Source: an uncultured Solirubrobacterales bacterium
GTDB taxonomy: Bacteria; Actinomycetota; Thermoleophilia; Solirubrobacterales; Solirubrobacteraceae
Assembly: GCA_963723585.1 (NCBI GenBank)
Contig: CAVRRJ010000004.1
Coordinates: forward strand, 88,591-152,590
Length of the DNA stretch: 64,000 bases
Reading direction: 5' to 3'
Shown here: positions 10,078-22,584 of the stretch, in pieces
How positions within the stretch are numbered: the first letter of the stretch is position 1
Layout: each line of letters begins with the position of its first letter
Position numbers and translations under genes: made by a program
The notes under the pieces: generated by a model
The model's input: the letters and a program-made list of their open reading frames with translations, nothing else
The model's database searches: none
What the model was told of the DNA's origin: nothing

Positions 10078-10290
10078 AGCCCCTGAGCTCCTCCGCTTGC
10101 GGATCTAGAGCACCCCCGATATCCATCGGGAGCCTCCCTCGTGACTCCTGATACGACCGTGAGGATTGATACCACAATCCGGGGCGGGCGCGAAACGCGC
10201 CTATGCAGGCCAACCGAGTGACCGCTCTACTCTTTGTCGCGAGCCGGCTGCACTCAGTGGCCGCAGACGTGGACCCGAAGGCGGAGTGAG

Positions 10291-11329
10291 ATGACCGACA
10301 GCCCCCCATCCCCGAGCACGCTGATCGACGTGCAGGCGCGAACCCCGGCGCTGGCCCTGAGCCTGTCCCGCGTCGGCGTCACCGGTGTCGAGAAGGTCAT
10401 TCGCCTGCGCCAGAACGGGGCCACCGCCACACCGACGAGTGGCGATCCGTCGGGAGGTCAGCAGCTGTTCTCGGCCCGTTCGAGTGCGTGGTCGAGCTCG
10501 GGTCCGAACCAGAAGGGCGCCCACATGTCGCGCTTCGAGGAGGTGGTCAACGAGGCGATCGGCGAGGTGGTGCTCGGCGACTCCACCTTCAAGGTGGAAA
10601 CGCTGGCCGAGCACATCGCCCAGCTGGTCCGCGACCGCCAGGGCGCGCGACGCGCCGAGGTCAGCGTCGAGGCTCGCTTCCCCGAGCACAAGCCCGCGCC
10701 GGTGTCGGGGGTCATCACCCAGGAGATGTACACGCTCCACGGGTGCGCGGTGGCCACCGAGCTCGGCACTCGGCGCCTCGTCGGCGTCACCGCTCAGGGG
10801 ATCACGGCCTGCCCGTGCGCCCAGGAGCTGGTCGCCGGCTCAGGCCCGGGAGCGGCTGCTGGAGGAGGGCTTTACCGGCGATGAGATCGAGCGGATCCTC
10901 GAGGCCGTCCCGGTGGCTACCCACAACCAGCGCGGTCTCGGCACGCTGCACGTCGGTTGCCCCGAGGACTGTGACGACGAGATCGACGCCGCCCTGCTCC
11001 TGGAGATCGTCGAGCAGTCGATGTCCTCGGAGATCTACGAGCTGATGAAGCGCACCGACGAGGCCCACGTGGTGGAGAAGGCCCACCGCCGCCCTCGCTT
11101 TGTCGAGGACTGCGTGCGCGAGATGGTTCGTGGGGTCATCGAGCGGCTGCCCCAGCTCGACGACCGGGCCTTCGTCTCCGCGCGCCAGGTCAACCTGGAG
11201 ACGATCCACCAGCACAACGTCGTCGCCGAGCGCTTCGGCACTTTGAAGGAGATTCGCGAGGAGCTTCGCAGCGCTACGCCGACTCCGGTTCACACCGGCC
11301 GCAGCGCCTGGCTTCACGCCACCGACTAG
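10291..11329 (+). CDS. GTP cyclohydrolase FolE2/MptA family (frameshifts near 10480-10500 and 10840)
   Basis: QKGAHMSRF, TACPCA, THNQRG, LMKRTDE, PRFVED, ETIHQHN motifs across frames. Confidence 0.88.
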
Positions 11330-11386
11330 TGGGCGGCCACTAGCCCCCGCTCGTATTGCGAGCCCCCCGGGGCACCTGACGCGCGC

Positions 11387-11973
11387 TCAGGGCTCGGCGC
11401 GCGGCGGCGCGGGCTGGGCGCCCGCGCGTTCGGTCGCCGGCTCGGCCAGGCGCCGGCGCAGCCCGAAGAAGTAATCCAGCCCCGAAACGACTGTCACCAC
11501 CACGGTCAGGTAGACGAGCGACCGTCATCCATACCGGTCGCTCGTCGAAGGCGATCAGGGCCATGACCATCGAGCACCTGGGTGGCCGTCTTGAGCTTGC
11601 CGAACGAGCTGGCCGGGATGACCAGGCCCTGCTGCGCCCCGGCGGCCGCCCGGAGCACGGTCACGGCGAACTCGCGGGCGATGATCACCATCGCCACCCA
11701 GGCCTCGAGCCGGCCCAGCGACACCAGCGCGACCAGCGCGGCGACGATCAGCAGCTTGTCGGCGATCGGGTCCATGAGCTTGCCGAACGTGGTCACAGCC
11801 CCCTGCGAACGCGCCAGCTGCCCGTCCACCGCGTCGGTCACCGAGGCCACGGCGAACACGATCGCGGCCAGCAGATCCCCGTCCGCGGTATTCGCCAGCA
11901 GCGCGACGACCAGTACCGGCACGAGCAGGATCCGCATGACGGTGAGGACATTGGGGACGTTGAGCGGAACCAT
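11387..11973 (-). CDS. pgsA: CDP-diacylglycerol--glycerol-3-phosphate 3-phosphatidyltransferase (frameshifts in 3' part)
   Basis: NVPNVLT, DGxLAR...TTFGKLMDPIADK CDP-alcohol phosphotransferase motif; C-terminal VSGLDYF in another frame. Confidence 0.88.
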
Positions 11974-12037
11974 CTGGTCCCCCGAACGCTAACGGGTCTC
12001 CGCAGCGCCGCCGGCACGAGCGGTCATCATTGACCCA

Positions 12038-12997
12038 ATGCGCGCTGCCGTCCTCGAGCACCCGCAGCAGCCGCTGCGAATCCTCAAGCGGGCAGATCCA
12101 CAGCCCGGACCCGGACAGCTGCTGCTCCGCGTCCGGGCCTGCGCGGTCTGCCGGACCGACCTGCACCTGCGCGACGCCGAAATCGAGGCCCCCAAGCTAC
12201 CGGTCATCCTCGGGCATCAGATCGTCGCCGAGACCGAGGACGGGCGTCGGGTGGGCGTTCCCTGGCTCGGCTGGACCGACGGCGACTGCCGCTACTGCCG
12301 CAGCGGTCGGGAGAATCTCTGCCTCCACGCCCGGTTCACCGGCCGGGACATCGACGGCGGCTTCGCCGAGCTGACCGTGGCCGACGAGCGCTTCTGCCTG
12401 CCGATCCCGGAAGCGCTCTCCGACGAGCAGGCCGCGCCGCTGCTCTGCGGCGGGCTGATCGGCTACCGGGCCCTGCGCATGACCGAGGCCGTCGAGGGCT
12501 CTCGCCTCGGGCTCTACGGGTTCGGCTCGGCCGCCCACATGATCTGCCAGGTCGCCGTCCACCAGGGCCGGACGGTGTACGCGTTCACCCGCGCCGGCGA
12601 TGAGCGCGGCCAGAGCTTCGCGCGCTCGCTGGGCGCCGCGTGGGCCGGCGGCAGTGACGAGCGTCCGCCCGAGGAGCTCGACGCGGCGATCATCTTCGCC
12701 TCCGCCGGCGCGCTCGTGCCCGCGGCGCTCGACGCGCTGGCCCCGGGCGGCAGCGTGATCTGCGCGGGGATCCACATGTCGGACATCCCCTCGTTCCCCT
12801 ACGAGGACCTCTGGCACGAGCGGAGGATCCGCTCGGTGGCCAACCTGACCCGTGAGGACGGCCACGAGTTCCTGCGTCTCGCGCCCCAGGTGCCGGTGCG
12901 CACGACTGTGACCGCCTACCCGCTCGAGGAGGCCGAGCAGGCCCTGAGCGACCTGCGCGCCGGACGCTTCACCGGCACTGCGGTGATCGTGCCCTGA
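12038..12997 (+). CDS. Zinc-dependent alcohol dehydrogenase
   Basis: CRTDLH, GHQ, CxxCxxGxENLC, GLYGFG. Confidence 0.93.
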   Translation: MRAAVLEHPQQPLRILKRADPQPGPGQLLLRVRACAVCRTDLHLRDAEIEAPKLPVILGHQIVAETEDGRRVGVPWLGWTDGDCRYCRSGRENLCLHARFTGRDIDGGFAELTVADERFCLPIPEALSDEQAAPLLCGGLIGYRALRMTEAVEGSRLGLYGFGSAAHMICQVAVHQGRTVYAFTRAGDERGQSFARSLGAAWAGGSDERPPEELDAAIIFASAGALVPAALDALAPGGSVICAGIHMSDIPSFPYEDLWHERRIRSVANLTREDGHEFLRLAPQVPVRTTVTAYPLEEAEQALSDLRAGRFTGTAVIVP

Positions 12998-13065
12998 CTG
13001 CTGTATCAGCGCGCCGCCAGTTAGGGGCCGCAGGCACGCCGGGCTGCATGTTCTAGGGTGAGGGC

Positions 13066-13647
13066 ATGCCCCTGGTCCCGATGGTCATCGAGCGGACGGC
13101 GCGCGGTGAGCGCGAGTTCGACATCTACAGCCGGCTGCTCAACGAGCGGATCGTCTTCCTGGGTACGCCGATCGATGACCAGGTGGCCAACCTGATCGTC
13201 GCCCAGCTGCTGCATCTCGAGTCTTCGGACCCGGACAAGGACATCTCGATCTACATCAACTGCCCGGGCGGATCGATCTACTCGGGTCTGGCCATCTACG
13301 ACACGATGCAGTTCATCAAGCCGCAGATCCAGACGATCTGCGTGGGCATCGCGATGTCGATGGGCTCGCTGCTGTTGACCGGGGGGGCCAAGGGCAAGCG
13401 CTTTTCGCTGCCCAACAGCCGGATCCTCATCCATCAGCCGTCAGCCGGCTTCGAGGGCCAGTCCAGCGACATCGAGATCCACGCGCGGGAGATCCTCAAC
13501 ATCCGCAAGCGGACCGATGAGATCTATGCCCATCACACCGGCCAGACCTTTGAGCAGGTGCACACAGACATGGAGCGCGACCGCTTCTTCAAGGCCGACC
13601 AAGCGGTCGAGTACGGGCTGATCGATCGCGTGATCGAACACCACTGA
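13066..13647 (+). CDS. clpP: ATP-dependent Clp protease proteolytic subunit
   Basis: [32 protein letters not shown]. Confidence 0.97.
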   Translation: MPLVPMVIERTARGEREFDIYSRLLNERIVFLGTPIDDQVANLIVAQLLHLESSDPDKDISIYINCPGGSIYSGLAIYDTMQFIKPQIQTICVGIAMSMGSLLLTGGAKGKRFSLPNSRILIHQPSAGFEGQSSDIEIHAREILNIRKRTDEIYAHHTGQTFEQVHTDMERDRFFKADQAVEYGLIDRVIEHH

Positions 13648-13667
13648 CAAATGCGGAGGTAGTGGCT

Positions 13668-14108
13668 ATGGCGATGGCAGAACGATCGGCGACGACGGTC
13701 TGGACGGGCAATCTTCCCAAGGGCAAGGGCACGCTCAACGGGGCCAGCGGAGCCCTCTCTGACCTAGGCGTCACCTGGGCCTCGCGGACCGAGCGATCAA
13801 ACGGGCAGACCAGCCCGGAGGAGCTGATCGCCGCCGCCCATTCCTCGTGCTTCTCGATGGCCCTGTCCAATGAGCTCTCCCAGGCCGGCAACGATCCCGA
13901 GCAGCTCGAGGTGACGGCCAAGGTCACGCTTGACGAGCGCGACGGCGCGCCCACCGTCACCACCTCCGAGCTGACCGTCACCGGCCAGGTCCCGGGGATC
14001 GATCAGTCGGCCTTTGCGCAAGCCGCCGAGACCGCCGGCCGGAACTGCCCGATTTCGCGCGCTCTCGCCGGCGTCGAGATCAGCGTCAGCGCCACGCTCC
14101 AGTCCTAG
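13668..14108 (+). CDS. osmC: OsmC family peroxiredoxin
   Basis: TSPEELIAAAHSSCFSMALS and CPISRAL; GGAGG RBS. Confidence 0.93.
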   Translation: MAMAERSATTVWTGNLPKGKGTLNGASGALSDLGVTWASRTERSNGQTSPEELIAAAHSSCFSMALSNELSQAGNDPEQLEVTAKVTLDERDGAPTVTTSELTVTGQVPGIDQSAFAQAAETAGRNCPISRALAGVEISVSATLQS

Positions 14109-14120
14109 CCACGATCTGCC

Positions 14121-14492
14121 CTAGGTGGCGGGCGCGCGACGGATCCGGCCCGAGCCCTGGCCACGGGTCTCCGGCGGCTCGGGCATGGTTGGGCGCGACA
14201 GCGCCCAGAAGACCATCAGGGCGCCGAACACGAGCATGCCGATGCCAGTCCACAGGTCGACGTTGATTCCCGCCGCCTTGTTCTTGACCTCGTGTGAGCC
14301 GGCCAGCCCGAGCACGGTCAGGATCACCCCGTAGAGCAGGAACAGGCCGCCGATCAGGCGGCGGATGTCAAACCGGTTGGCCGCCTTGGCCGCCCGGATC
14401 TCCTCCTCGTCGGTGGCGCCGGTCGACGGGAGTGGACCCGGATCGTCAGGCCGGTCGTGGCCCCCGAACGGACGTTGATGTTCCTCAGCCAT
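14121..14492 (-). CDS. Small two-TM membrane protein associated with the symporter
   Basis: FDIRRLIGGLF...GINVDLWTG; directly downstream of the SSS gene. Confidence 0.75.
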   Translation of the reverse strand: MAEEHQRPFGGHDRPDDPGPLPSTGATDEEEIRAAKAANRFDIRRLIGGLFLLYGVILTVLGLAGSHEVKNKAAGINVDLWTGIGMLVFGALMVFWALSRPTMPEPPETRGQGSGRIRRAPAT

Positions 14493-14504
14493 GTCGGCTA
14501 CCCC

Positions 14505-16170
14505 CTAGATGAAGATGATGTTCAGGACGATGACCAGGACCATGATCACGCTGCCGAGCAGGATCGGCGAGCGCCACCACAGCTTGTCGCGCGGATCGGC
14601 TTCGGCCTCGGCTCCTCCTTGCGCGTGCCTACCCCAGACCAGGCCGCCCAGCTCCTCCACGGACTTGGGCTTGGTGACCAGGGAGACCACCACCATCACC
14701 GCCGCGTCGACGAGGAAGGCGATGATCGCCTGCCAGAAGCTGGCGCTCAGCGGCGAGCCGAAGTGGAAGATGGTCGAATAGGCGTTCAGACGGTTGACGG
14801 CGTAGGCCGCTGCGGTCCCCGCCACGAGGCTGAAGAACCCGCCCCACGCGGTGGCCCGCTTCCAGAACATGGCGATGATGAAGGTGGCGAACAGGGGCGC
14901 GTTGAAGATCGAGAACAACGTCTGGATGTAGTTCATGATGTTCGAGTAGCCCTTGGCGATCAGCGCCGTGAGCACCGAGATCAGGATCCCGGCGATGGTG
15001 ACCATCCGGCCCGAGCGCAGGTAGAAGGCCGGATCGCGGTCCTTGGCGAAGTAGGACTGGATCAGGTCGTAGGTGACCACGGTGTTGAACGCGGTCACGT
15101 TGGCCGCCACCCCGGCCATGAAGGCCGCGACCAGACCGGTCACCGCCAGCCCCAGCATCCCCTCGGGCAGGTAGTTGCCGATCAGATGGGGGATCGCCGT
15201 GTTGTACTGGATCCCGAGGCCTTTGCCGATGCCCAGGCCCTTGACCGTGACCACGGCGATCAGCCCGGGGAGGATGATGATCGCGGGCAGGAAGATCTTC
15301 GGGAAGGCCCCGATCAGCGGCGTGCGCCGCGAGGCCGACATGTTGCGGGCCGACAGCGCGCGCTGGACCTCGGCGAAGTTGGTCGTCCAGTAGCCGAAGC
15401 CGAGCACGAAGCCGAGGCCGAAGACCACCCCGACCCAGTCGGACTTGAGCGGGTTGGTCACGTGATGGATGGCCAGGCCCTTGCCAGGCGTGCAGACCCG
15501 CGTTGCCCAACGGCTTGAAGGCCTTGATCTTGTTCTCGAGGCCCGACACCCCGCCCACCGCATGCAGCGCGACCAGGGTCAGCGGCAGCAGCGCGGCGAC
15601 GATGATGAAGAACTGCAGGACCTCGTTGTAGATCGCCGAGGTCAGGCCGCCCAGGGTGATGTAGACGAGCACCATCGCGGCGGCGACGAGGATGGCCAGG
15701 ATGATCGACCAGCCGAGCATCAGATGGATGATCAGGGCCAGGGCATACAGGTTGACCCCCGAGATGAGCACCGTGGCGATCGCGAACGTGACGGCGTTGA
15801 AGGCATGCGTGGGCTCGTTGAAGCGCAGCCGCAGGTACTCGGGCACGGAGCGCACCTTGGCCCCGTAGTAGAAGGGCATCATCACGATGCCCAGGAAGAC
15901 CATGGCCGGGACGGCGCCGAGCCAGTAGTAGTGGACCGCGGGCACGCCGTACTGGGCGCCGTTGGCCGCCTGCCCGAGGATCTCCAGCGCGCCCAGGTTG
16001 GCGGCGATGAAGGCCAGCCCGGTGATCCAGGCCGGCAGCGAGCGTCCGGAGAGGAAGAAGTCCAGGTCGGTCTTGATCGACAGCCGGGCCACGAAACCGA
16101 TACCCAGGACGACGACGAAGTAGATCGCCAGGATCACGTAGTCGACGGTGCTCGGATGGAGCCTCAGCAT
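14505..16170 (-). CDS. Sodium:solute symporter family protein (frameshift near 15490)
   Basis: DFFLSGRSLP, AANLGALE, GYWTTNFAEVQR, YIQTLFS in two overlapping ORFs. Confidence 0.9.
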
Positions 16171-16234
16171 CCCTTCCTCCTCCTCTCGGCGAGCCCGCGC
16201 CTACCCGACACCGCACGTCGAGGCCAGCGCAAGC

Positions 16235-17019
16235 TCATTCGACCGCAGTGCTCGATTTCGCCCAGGCCTTCGATCGCGATCCTCACCGAATCCCCGGATT
16301 TCAAAAACCGCGGCGGATCGAAGGCCTGTCCGACCCCGCTCGGGGTTCCGGTCAGGATCAGATCCCCGGGCTGCAGGGCGCAAGTCTGGGCGATGAAGTC
16401 GACCAGCGTCTGGCAGTCGAAGACGAGGTCAGAGGTGCGGCTGTCCTGGCGCAGCTCGCCGTTGACCCACGTGCGCAGCCGCTAGGTCATCGCCGTTTGG
16501 GACCTCTTCGGCGGTCGTCACCCAGGGTCCGAAGGGGCAGAACGTGTCAGCGCCCTTGGCCCGCGTCCACTGCGGCTCCCGGCCCTGGAGGTCGCGGGCG
16601 GTGACATCGTCGGCGATGCAGTAGCCGCCGATCCGGCCCGCGTCCCCGATGACGATCACCAGCTCGCCCTCGTAGTCCAGGCGCCGCACGACCTCGGGAC
16701 AGCGGATCGGGCCGCCGGGCGGGGCCACCGAGCCCCGGACCTTGACGAACACGATCGGCGTCTCCGGTGGCGTCGCCCCGGTCTCCTCGACGTGGGCGGC
16801 GTAGTTGAGCCCGATGGCGTAGATCGTCCCGGGCTCGGGGATCGGCGCCAGTAATTTCACCTGGTCCAGCGCCCACGACGCTCCGCTGCGCTCGGGTCTG
16901 ACCCCGCTCAGGATCTCAGCGACACCCAGATCATCCGCGAAGGCATGGACATGACCATCGCTCACCTCGCCGGCCCGGGGGCGGTCCTGATCGTGGGCAA
17001 GGAAGGTGGCCAGCCTCAT
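16235..17019 (-). CDS. Fumarylacetoacetate hydrolase family protein (frameshifted)
   Basis: GLNYAAH, LDYEGEL, DVTARD, AKGADTF; second frame gives PGDLILTGTPSGVG. Confidence 0.88.
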
Positions 17020-17078
17020 CGTCAGGGTGCGGTATACCCCGACGGCTCAGGTCCAAGCCACCCCACTCCGGGTCCCGC

Positions 17079-17531
17079 TCAGTGAACCCCGAGCGGCTGC
17101 TGGGCGCCGGCCGCCTCGACGTGGGTGACGGGCAGGCCGAGTCCTCGGGTCTTGGAGACCAGATCGAGCTTCAGCCAGCGCGAGAGCCGCGGCGGAAGGG
17201 TCGAGATGATGATCTCGTCAAATGAGCCCAGGTTGACCGCGTCCTGGATCGCCGACAGGGGTTCGGCATCGCCGATGTCCCCGGTCACTGTCGTCCCTGT
17301 CGCCTCGCTCAGCTTCGGGAGTGCCCCTGCGAGGGCGCGAGTGGCCTCGTCCTCCCCGGCATCCTGGGGATCGACGACCTTGTGCATGCCGTGGGCCTGA
17401 CGCGGCACGACGAGATGGAACGTCGCGGGCCCCTGGCGTGAGCGCTCGCGGACGGCGCCCAGGAGAGCGGGGGTCGCGGCCGTCTGGTGCGCGACGACGA
17501 GAACATGGGCCGGCTCTGACACAGTCATCAC
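17079..17531 (-). CDS. Universal-stress-protein-like hypothetical protein
   Basis: VLVVAHQT...FDEIIISTLP...SRWL..D...LPVTHV. Confidence 0.7.
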   Translation of the reverse strand: MMTVSEPAHVLVVAHQTAATPALLGAVRERSRQGPATFHLVVPRQAHGMHKVVDPQDAGEDEATRALAGALPKLSEATGTTVTGDIGDAEPLSAIQDAVNLGSFDEIIISTLPPRLSRWLKLDLVSKTRGLGLPVTHVEAAGAQQPLGVH

Positions 17532-17638
17532 CTCCGGCGGGTGAAGCGGAATGTGGGTCAGTCGAGTATCCCACCGGTTCCCCGGCGCGACAACCTCGGC
17601 ACTCGGGCTCGCCCGCCAGGGTCAGCCGGACCGCGAGG

Positions 17639-19590
17639 CTAGGTCAGGCGAGCGGCCAGTCCCCGGGCACTCATGTGGGCGATGGCCTGGATCGAGATCT
17701 GCGGGTTGACCCCAGACGCGGTCGGGAACGACGAGCCGTCGAGCACGTAGAGGTCCCGGACCTCCCAGGTCTGAGCGGCCGGATCACAGGCTGAGGTGCC
17801 GGGAGAGCCGCCCATGCGGGCCGAGCCCATGATGTGGAACGAGTTCAGGCTCACCTGACCGGCGCCGTAGCCAGCCGCATCGGCGTCGGCCATGAACTGC
17901 GTGCGGGAGCCCGAGCGCCCGGGGTCGTAGCAAACCAACTTGCTGTGCGAGGAGAAGATGCGCCGTGCGCCGGCGGCCTCCAGCATCTGCGCGGCGCCGT
18001 CCATGCCGGTGCGCAGGTGTCCGGCGTCGAAGTCCGAGAGCCGGTAGCGGACGACCGGCTCCCCATCGCGCCCGACCCGCACCTCTCCCCCGTCGCGGTC
18101 GCGAAGCAGGACGCCGATCGGCACCGTGTTGGCCAGGCCCTCCATGAGGGCAAAGTTCTCGCGCGAACCGCGCCACGGGCTGAACGGGATCAGCAGGTGC
18201 GGGTGGGAGGCGGCGGTCTCGAACTTCAGGCCATAGCCGTCGTCGAGGTCGCGGAACTGGTCGGAGTAGAGAGCCTGCATGACGCCCTCCCACGGCTTCA
18301 GCTCCTCGTCGAACACGCCGAACACGACGCCGGCCGGGTGCAGGCGCAGATGCTGGCCGATGTTCTCGTTCTCGAGACCCGAGCGGCGCAGCAAGGCCGG
18401 CGTGTGGATCGCCCCGCAGCTGGCGATCACGGCGCGGGCCTTGACGGTCAGCCGATGGCCGTCCGCCGGTGCGGCCGACCACCCCCCGGGCCCGGCCGCC
18501 CTCCACCATCACCCGGTCGATCTTGGTGTCGACGATCAGCTTCGTGCCCTGCGCATGGGCGTCGGGCAGCCACGTCTTGACGCACCGACTGCTTGGCGCC
18601 AACCCGGCAGCCCAGACCGCAATAACCGCACTCGCGGCCCTGAGCGCAGTTACGTACTCCGCGGGGCATGGCGTCGACGTGCCAGCCCAGCTTGACGCAG
18701 CCCTCCTGGAGCTTCTGCTCGCGGGTCGAGGGCTGGTTGTACTCCTGGCCCACGCCCAGCCGCTCGCAGACGGCGTCGAGGCTGGTCGTGTAGTCCTCGG
18801 AGGCGAACGCGGGCACCCCGAGCCCGGCCCATTGCGCGCGGACGTCATCCGGGGTGCGAAACGAGGTCGAGTAGTTGACCACGGTGCCCCCACCCAGGCA
18901 CGAGCCGGCGATCAGGCCGACGCTCTGGTCATGGGTCGCCGTGGGCGCGCCCATGTAGAAGTTGCTGATCGCCTTGTACTCGGCGCCGTCGAAGTCCTCG
19001 TCGTCGTAGTAGCGGCCGGACTCGATCACGATCACCTCGAGACCCGCTGCCGGCCAGCACCCCGGCGGCCGCGCCGCCGCCGGCGCCCGAGCCGACGATG
19101 ACCACATCGCAGTCCAGCGTCGTGTCAGCACCGATGCGGGTCACGCCCAGCGGCTTGGCCGGCGCGTCGGGCAGCGACCCCAGGGGGCCGTCGTAGCCGA
19201 TCACGTCCCAGGCCGGATTGCGGCCCCCGTCCCGGCTCGGGACGATGTAGTAGAAGAGCAGCGCGGCCTTGCGCAGCGCCTGGAACACCGCCCGCCGCTC
19301 CGGGATCCGCGAGTCCGCCCAGGACAGGAGGACCTGCTCGCGCTGCTCGCGGGTCATGGCGCTGAAGCGGCTCCAGTCCAGCCCCACCCAGCGCTCCCAT
19401 GACCGGCGTGTCCCACAGGGCCAGCAGCGCCGACAGCTGCAGCTGCTCGGCCGGCCGCGTGGCGTCGACGGCGGCCAGGACGGCGTCCACGGCGCCGAGC
19501 TCAGCCGGGGCTGGGCAGACCGTCGCCACCGGGGCAGAAGGTGGCGCAGATCTCCTCCAGGGCGTGGCGCGGCGCGGGGGAGACTCGCAT
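17639..19590 (-). CDS. GMC family oxidoreductase (multiple frameshifts)
   Basis: VVIVGSGAGG, LGGGTVVNYS, CxxCxxGC, HIMGSARMG, GVNPQISI. Confidence 0.85.
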
Positions 19591-19620
19591 TCGCCGAGAC
19601 CCTAACGGCTGCCGGCGCTG

Positions 19621-20472
19621 TCACTCGACGCGGTACTCGCCCCGAGCCACGATCACCGCGTTGCCGCCGACCCCCACCCGCTCGATCCGCTCGGCCGACC
19701 CCTCGACCACCGCCTCGAGCCGCGACGGCCGTCCGATCTCCTCGCCCTGGCGGATCTCGATCCGCTGCGCCGAAGCCGATCCGGCCGTGGCGGGCCAGGT
19801 GCACGGCCAGCGGCCCGGCCGCCGAGCCGGTGGCCGGATCCTCGGCCACCCCCAGCGCGGGGCCGAACATCCGCGTCTTGACCCGAGCCTCCGGCACGAC
19901 CGCGAAGCAGCTCACCCCGACCTCCCCCACCGCGGCCAGCGCGCCCAGGTCGGGGCGGACCGCGGCCACCGCGGCCTCGTCGTCCAGCGCCACGAACGCG
20001 TGCCGCGGGCCCGTTGTCGTAGACCTCGACCGGGAGCTCGGAGCGCTCCAGCTCCGAGCGCGGCCAGCAGCTCCGCCGCCGGCCCGAACGGCTCCCAGGT
20101 CGGGATCGGCTGCTCCATCTCGCCGTGGCGGACCCGGCCGCCCTCGCGCTCGAGTGTCACGCCTGACCAGCCCCGAGCCGGTCACGAGCCCGATCTCCTC
20201 GCCGCCGTCGCGCTCGCCGAGCACGAATGCGGTGCCCAGCACCGGGTGCCCGGCGAACGGGCAGCTCGGTCGCCGGGGTGAAGATCCGAGCGCGGGTGGC
20301 GCCGCCGTCTTCCTCGCTGGGCAGGACGAACACCGTCTCTGACAGGTTGAGCTCCCGGGCGGCCCGCTGCATCAGCTCCCCGCTCAGGCCCGCGCCGTCG
20401 GTGAACACCGCCACCGGGTTGCCCTCCAGCGGCGTGTCGGTGAACACGTCGGCGATCACGTATGGCGCGCAC
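19621..20472 (-). CDS. PhzF family isomerase (frameshifted)
   Basis: DVFTDTPLEGNPVAV, NLSETVF, RIFTP, EDPATGSAAG. Confidence 0.85.
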
Positions 20473-21011
20473 GTCGAGCCACCCGTCATCTCGGCCAGCA
20501 CGCCGACCGTGGTCCAGTTGCGCGCCGTCGCGGTCACGCCGAGGCTGCCGCCGGCCAGCTTGTTCCACAGCTTGGAGCGCGCCACGCCCGCGGGGTGCCA
20601 GGCGTAGATCTCGCGACCGTCGACGACCAGCGCCTCGGGGCCAGCCACCAGCCCCTGCAGCCGCTCGGCCACCGCCGGCGCGAGCGGGGCGGACAGGAAG
20701 CTGACCTGGTAGCGCTTGGGCTCGGTGGCCACGTCGCCGAGCGGATTGCGCGCCACCACCGCGGCCAGCTCCTGGCGCGGTGCGCACGATGACCGGCACC
20801 TCGAAGCCGAAGCGCTCGGCGATGAGCTTGGCGCCGTCGCGCTCGAGCTCGGCTGGGACGCAGCTCGCTGTCCAGCACCACGTTGCCGCTCTGCACGTAG
20901 GTCCCCACGTCCCCGTATCCGGCGTCGCGCGAGCAGCGCGCGCAGCTCGGCCATCGGGACCCGCCGGTTCGGCCCGAGGTTGATCCCGCGCAGCAGCACG
21001 GCCTGGCGCAC
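20473..21011 (-). CDS. DUF1697 family protein (frameshifted; 3' end approximate)
   Basis: LLRGINLG..RVPMAELR, TYVQSGNVV, ATARNWTTV. Confidence 0.82.
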
Positions 21012-21016
21012 GGCGG

Positions 21017-21299
21017 CTAGAAGGCCTCGGGTAGAACAGCGGCTCCTGGCCGGGCACGCCACCTGGCCTCGCCGTGCCGGCCGCGCGGCGTCTGCTGGCC
21101 CAGCGCGACGGCCAGGTCGTGGGCGATCGCCGCCCTCCGAGCGGGAGGCGATCAGCGGCTCCTCGATTCCCTCGACGTGGACCAGCGTGCGGCGGCCGTC
21201 GCCGCGGTCGGGGCCCTCCAGCGGGACCAGCGCGTAGACCCGGTCGGCCCGCACGAACTTGCCGTAGCCGAGGGCGACCAGCGGCATGATCCGCGCCAT
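21017..21299 (-). CDS. Small protein resembling RemA/DUF370 (frameshift near 21135)
   Basis: LVALGYGKFVRADRVYAL...GRRTLVHV...LIASRS; -10 TACGAT upstream. Confidence 0.55.
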
Positions 21300-21324
21300 G
21301 ACGCCGGATCGTAATCGCGGCGGG

Positions 21325-22584
21325 TCACGTCGAGGATCAGGCCGAGGCGGCGCTCGAGCGCGTCGCCCAGCGACCTCGCGCACCGGACCGGCCTCGAAGC
21401 GCTCGACCAGCGCGGCCAGGAAGCCCTCGATGACCAGCCGCTTGGCCGCCGGCTCGGGCAGGCCGTGCGAGCGCAGGTAGAAGAGCTGCTCGGGGTCGAC
21501 CTGGGCGACGGCCGCGCGTGGGTGCAGCGCACGTCGTTGGCCTGGATCTCGAGCCCGGGGATCGCGTCGGCGTGGGCGCGCTTGGAGAGCAGCAGGTTGC
21601 GCGACTCCTGGAAGGCGTCGGTCTTCTGGGCGCCGGGGTCGACGATGATGTTGCCCTTCCAGACCGCGCTCGAGCGGCCCTGGAGCACGCCGCGGAAGGC
21701 CAGGTCGGAGGTCGTGTTGGGAGCGGCGTGCTCCTGGGTGGTGTCGAAGTCGATGTGCTGGCGGCCGTGGGTGGCGTAGGCGCCGGTGACCCGGGCGTCG
21801 GCGCCCTCGCCGCCCAGCCGGGTCTCCATCCGCACGTGGCCGCGGGCCGAGCCGAAGCCGAGCGCCACCCAGTCCAGGCGCCCGTCGCGGCCGACCTCGG
21901 CGCGCTGGGCGCCGAAGATCCAGCTGCGCTCGGACAGGTCCTGGCCGCAGACGTAGCGCAGGCGGGCGTCGTCGCCGACGACCAGCTCGGCGACGACGTT
22001 GAACACGCCGTCGAGCTCTCGGAGCGCCGGACAGGTACTGCTCCCAGACCTCGGCCTCGGCGCCCTCCTCGAGCACGATCAGCGTGCGGCGGTGAAGCTC
22101 GGTCCTGCGCCTGCGACTGGACCTGGGTGAGCAGGATCGGCGGCTCGACGACGACGCCGCGCGGGACGTAGACGAACGCGCCGCCGCGTAAAGCCGGCGT
22201 CGTTGCGGGCCACGAACACGTCCTCTGCGCCGATACGACGCTGCCCAGGTGGCGCTCGACCAGCTCGGGATGCTCGGCCGCGGCCGACTCCAGCGTGCTG
22301 ACGATCACGCCCGTCGGGCAGCCCCTGGCCGTGGGCCGGAGCGTCGAGCCCGTCGCCACTGCTCGAGCCAGCGCGCCGTATCGGCGGGGGCGATCCCGAA
22401 CGGAGCGGCACCATCTGGCGCTCGCCGCAGGCTGATCGTCGGCGGGCCGGTAGTCGGCCAGCTCGAGCGCCGCTCAGATCGGTGAACTCCCAGCCCGGGC
22501 GGCCCTTGAACTGGGGCAGCTCGAGCGTGCTCGGCGCGGCGCGCTCGCCCGCTCGGCGACCGCTCGGCTGAGCGCGCTAGCCAA
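21325..22584 (-). CDS. sufD: Fe-S cluster assembly protein SufD (heavily frameshifted; ends approximate)
   Basis: [43 protein letters not shown]. Confidence 0.88.

Noticed and set aside
11326-11365. Hairpins between folE2 and pgsA as a novel element
   Set aside because: Short stems between convergent genes are best explained as ordinary terminators
19621-20472. Phenazine biosynthesis cluster
   Set aside because: Only a lone PhzF-family gene; no other phz genes are present
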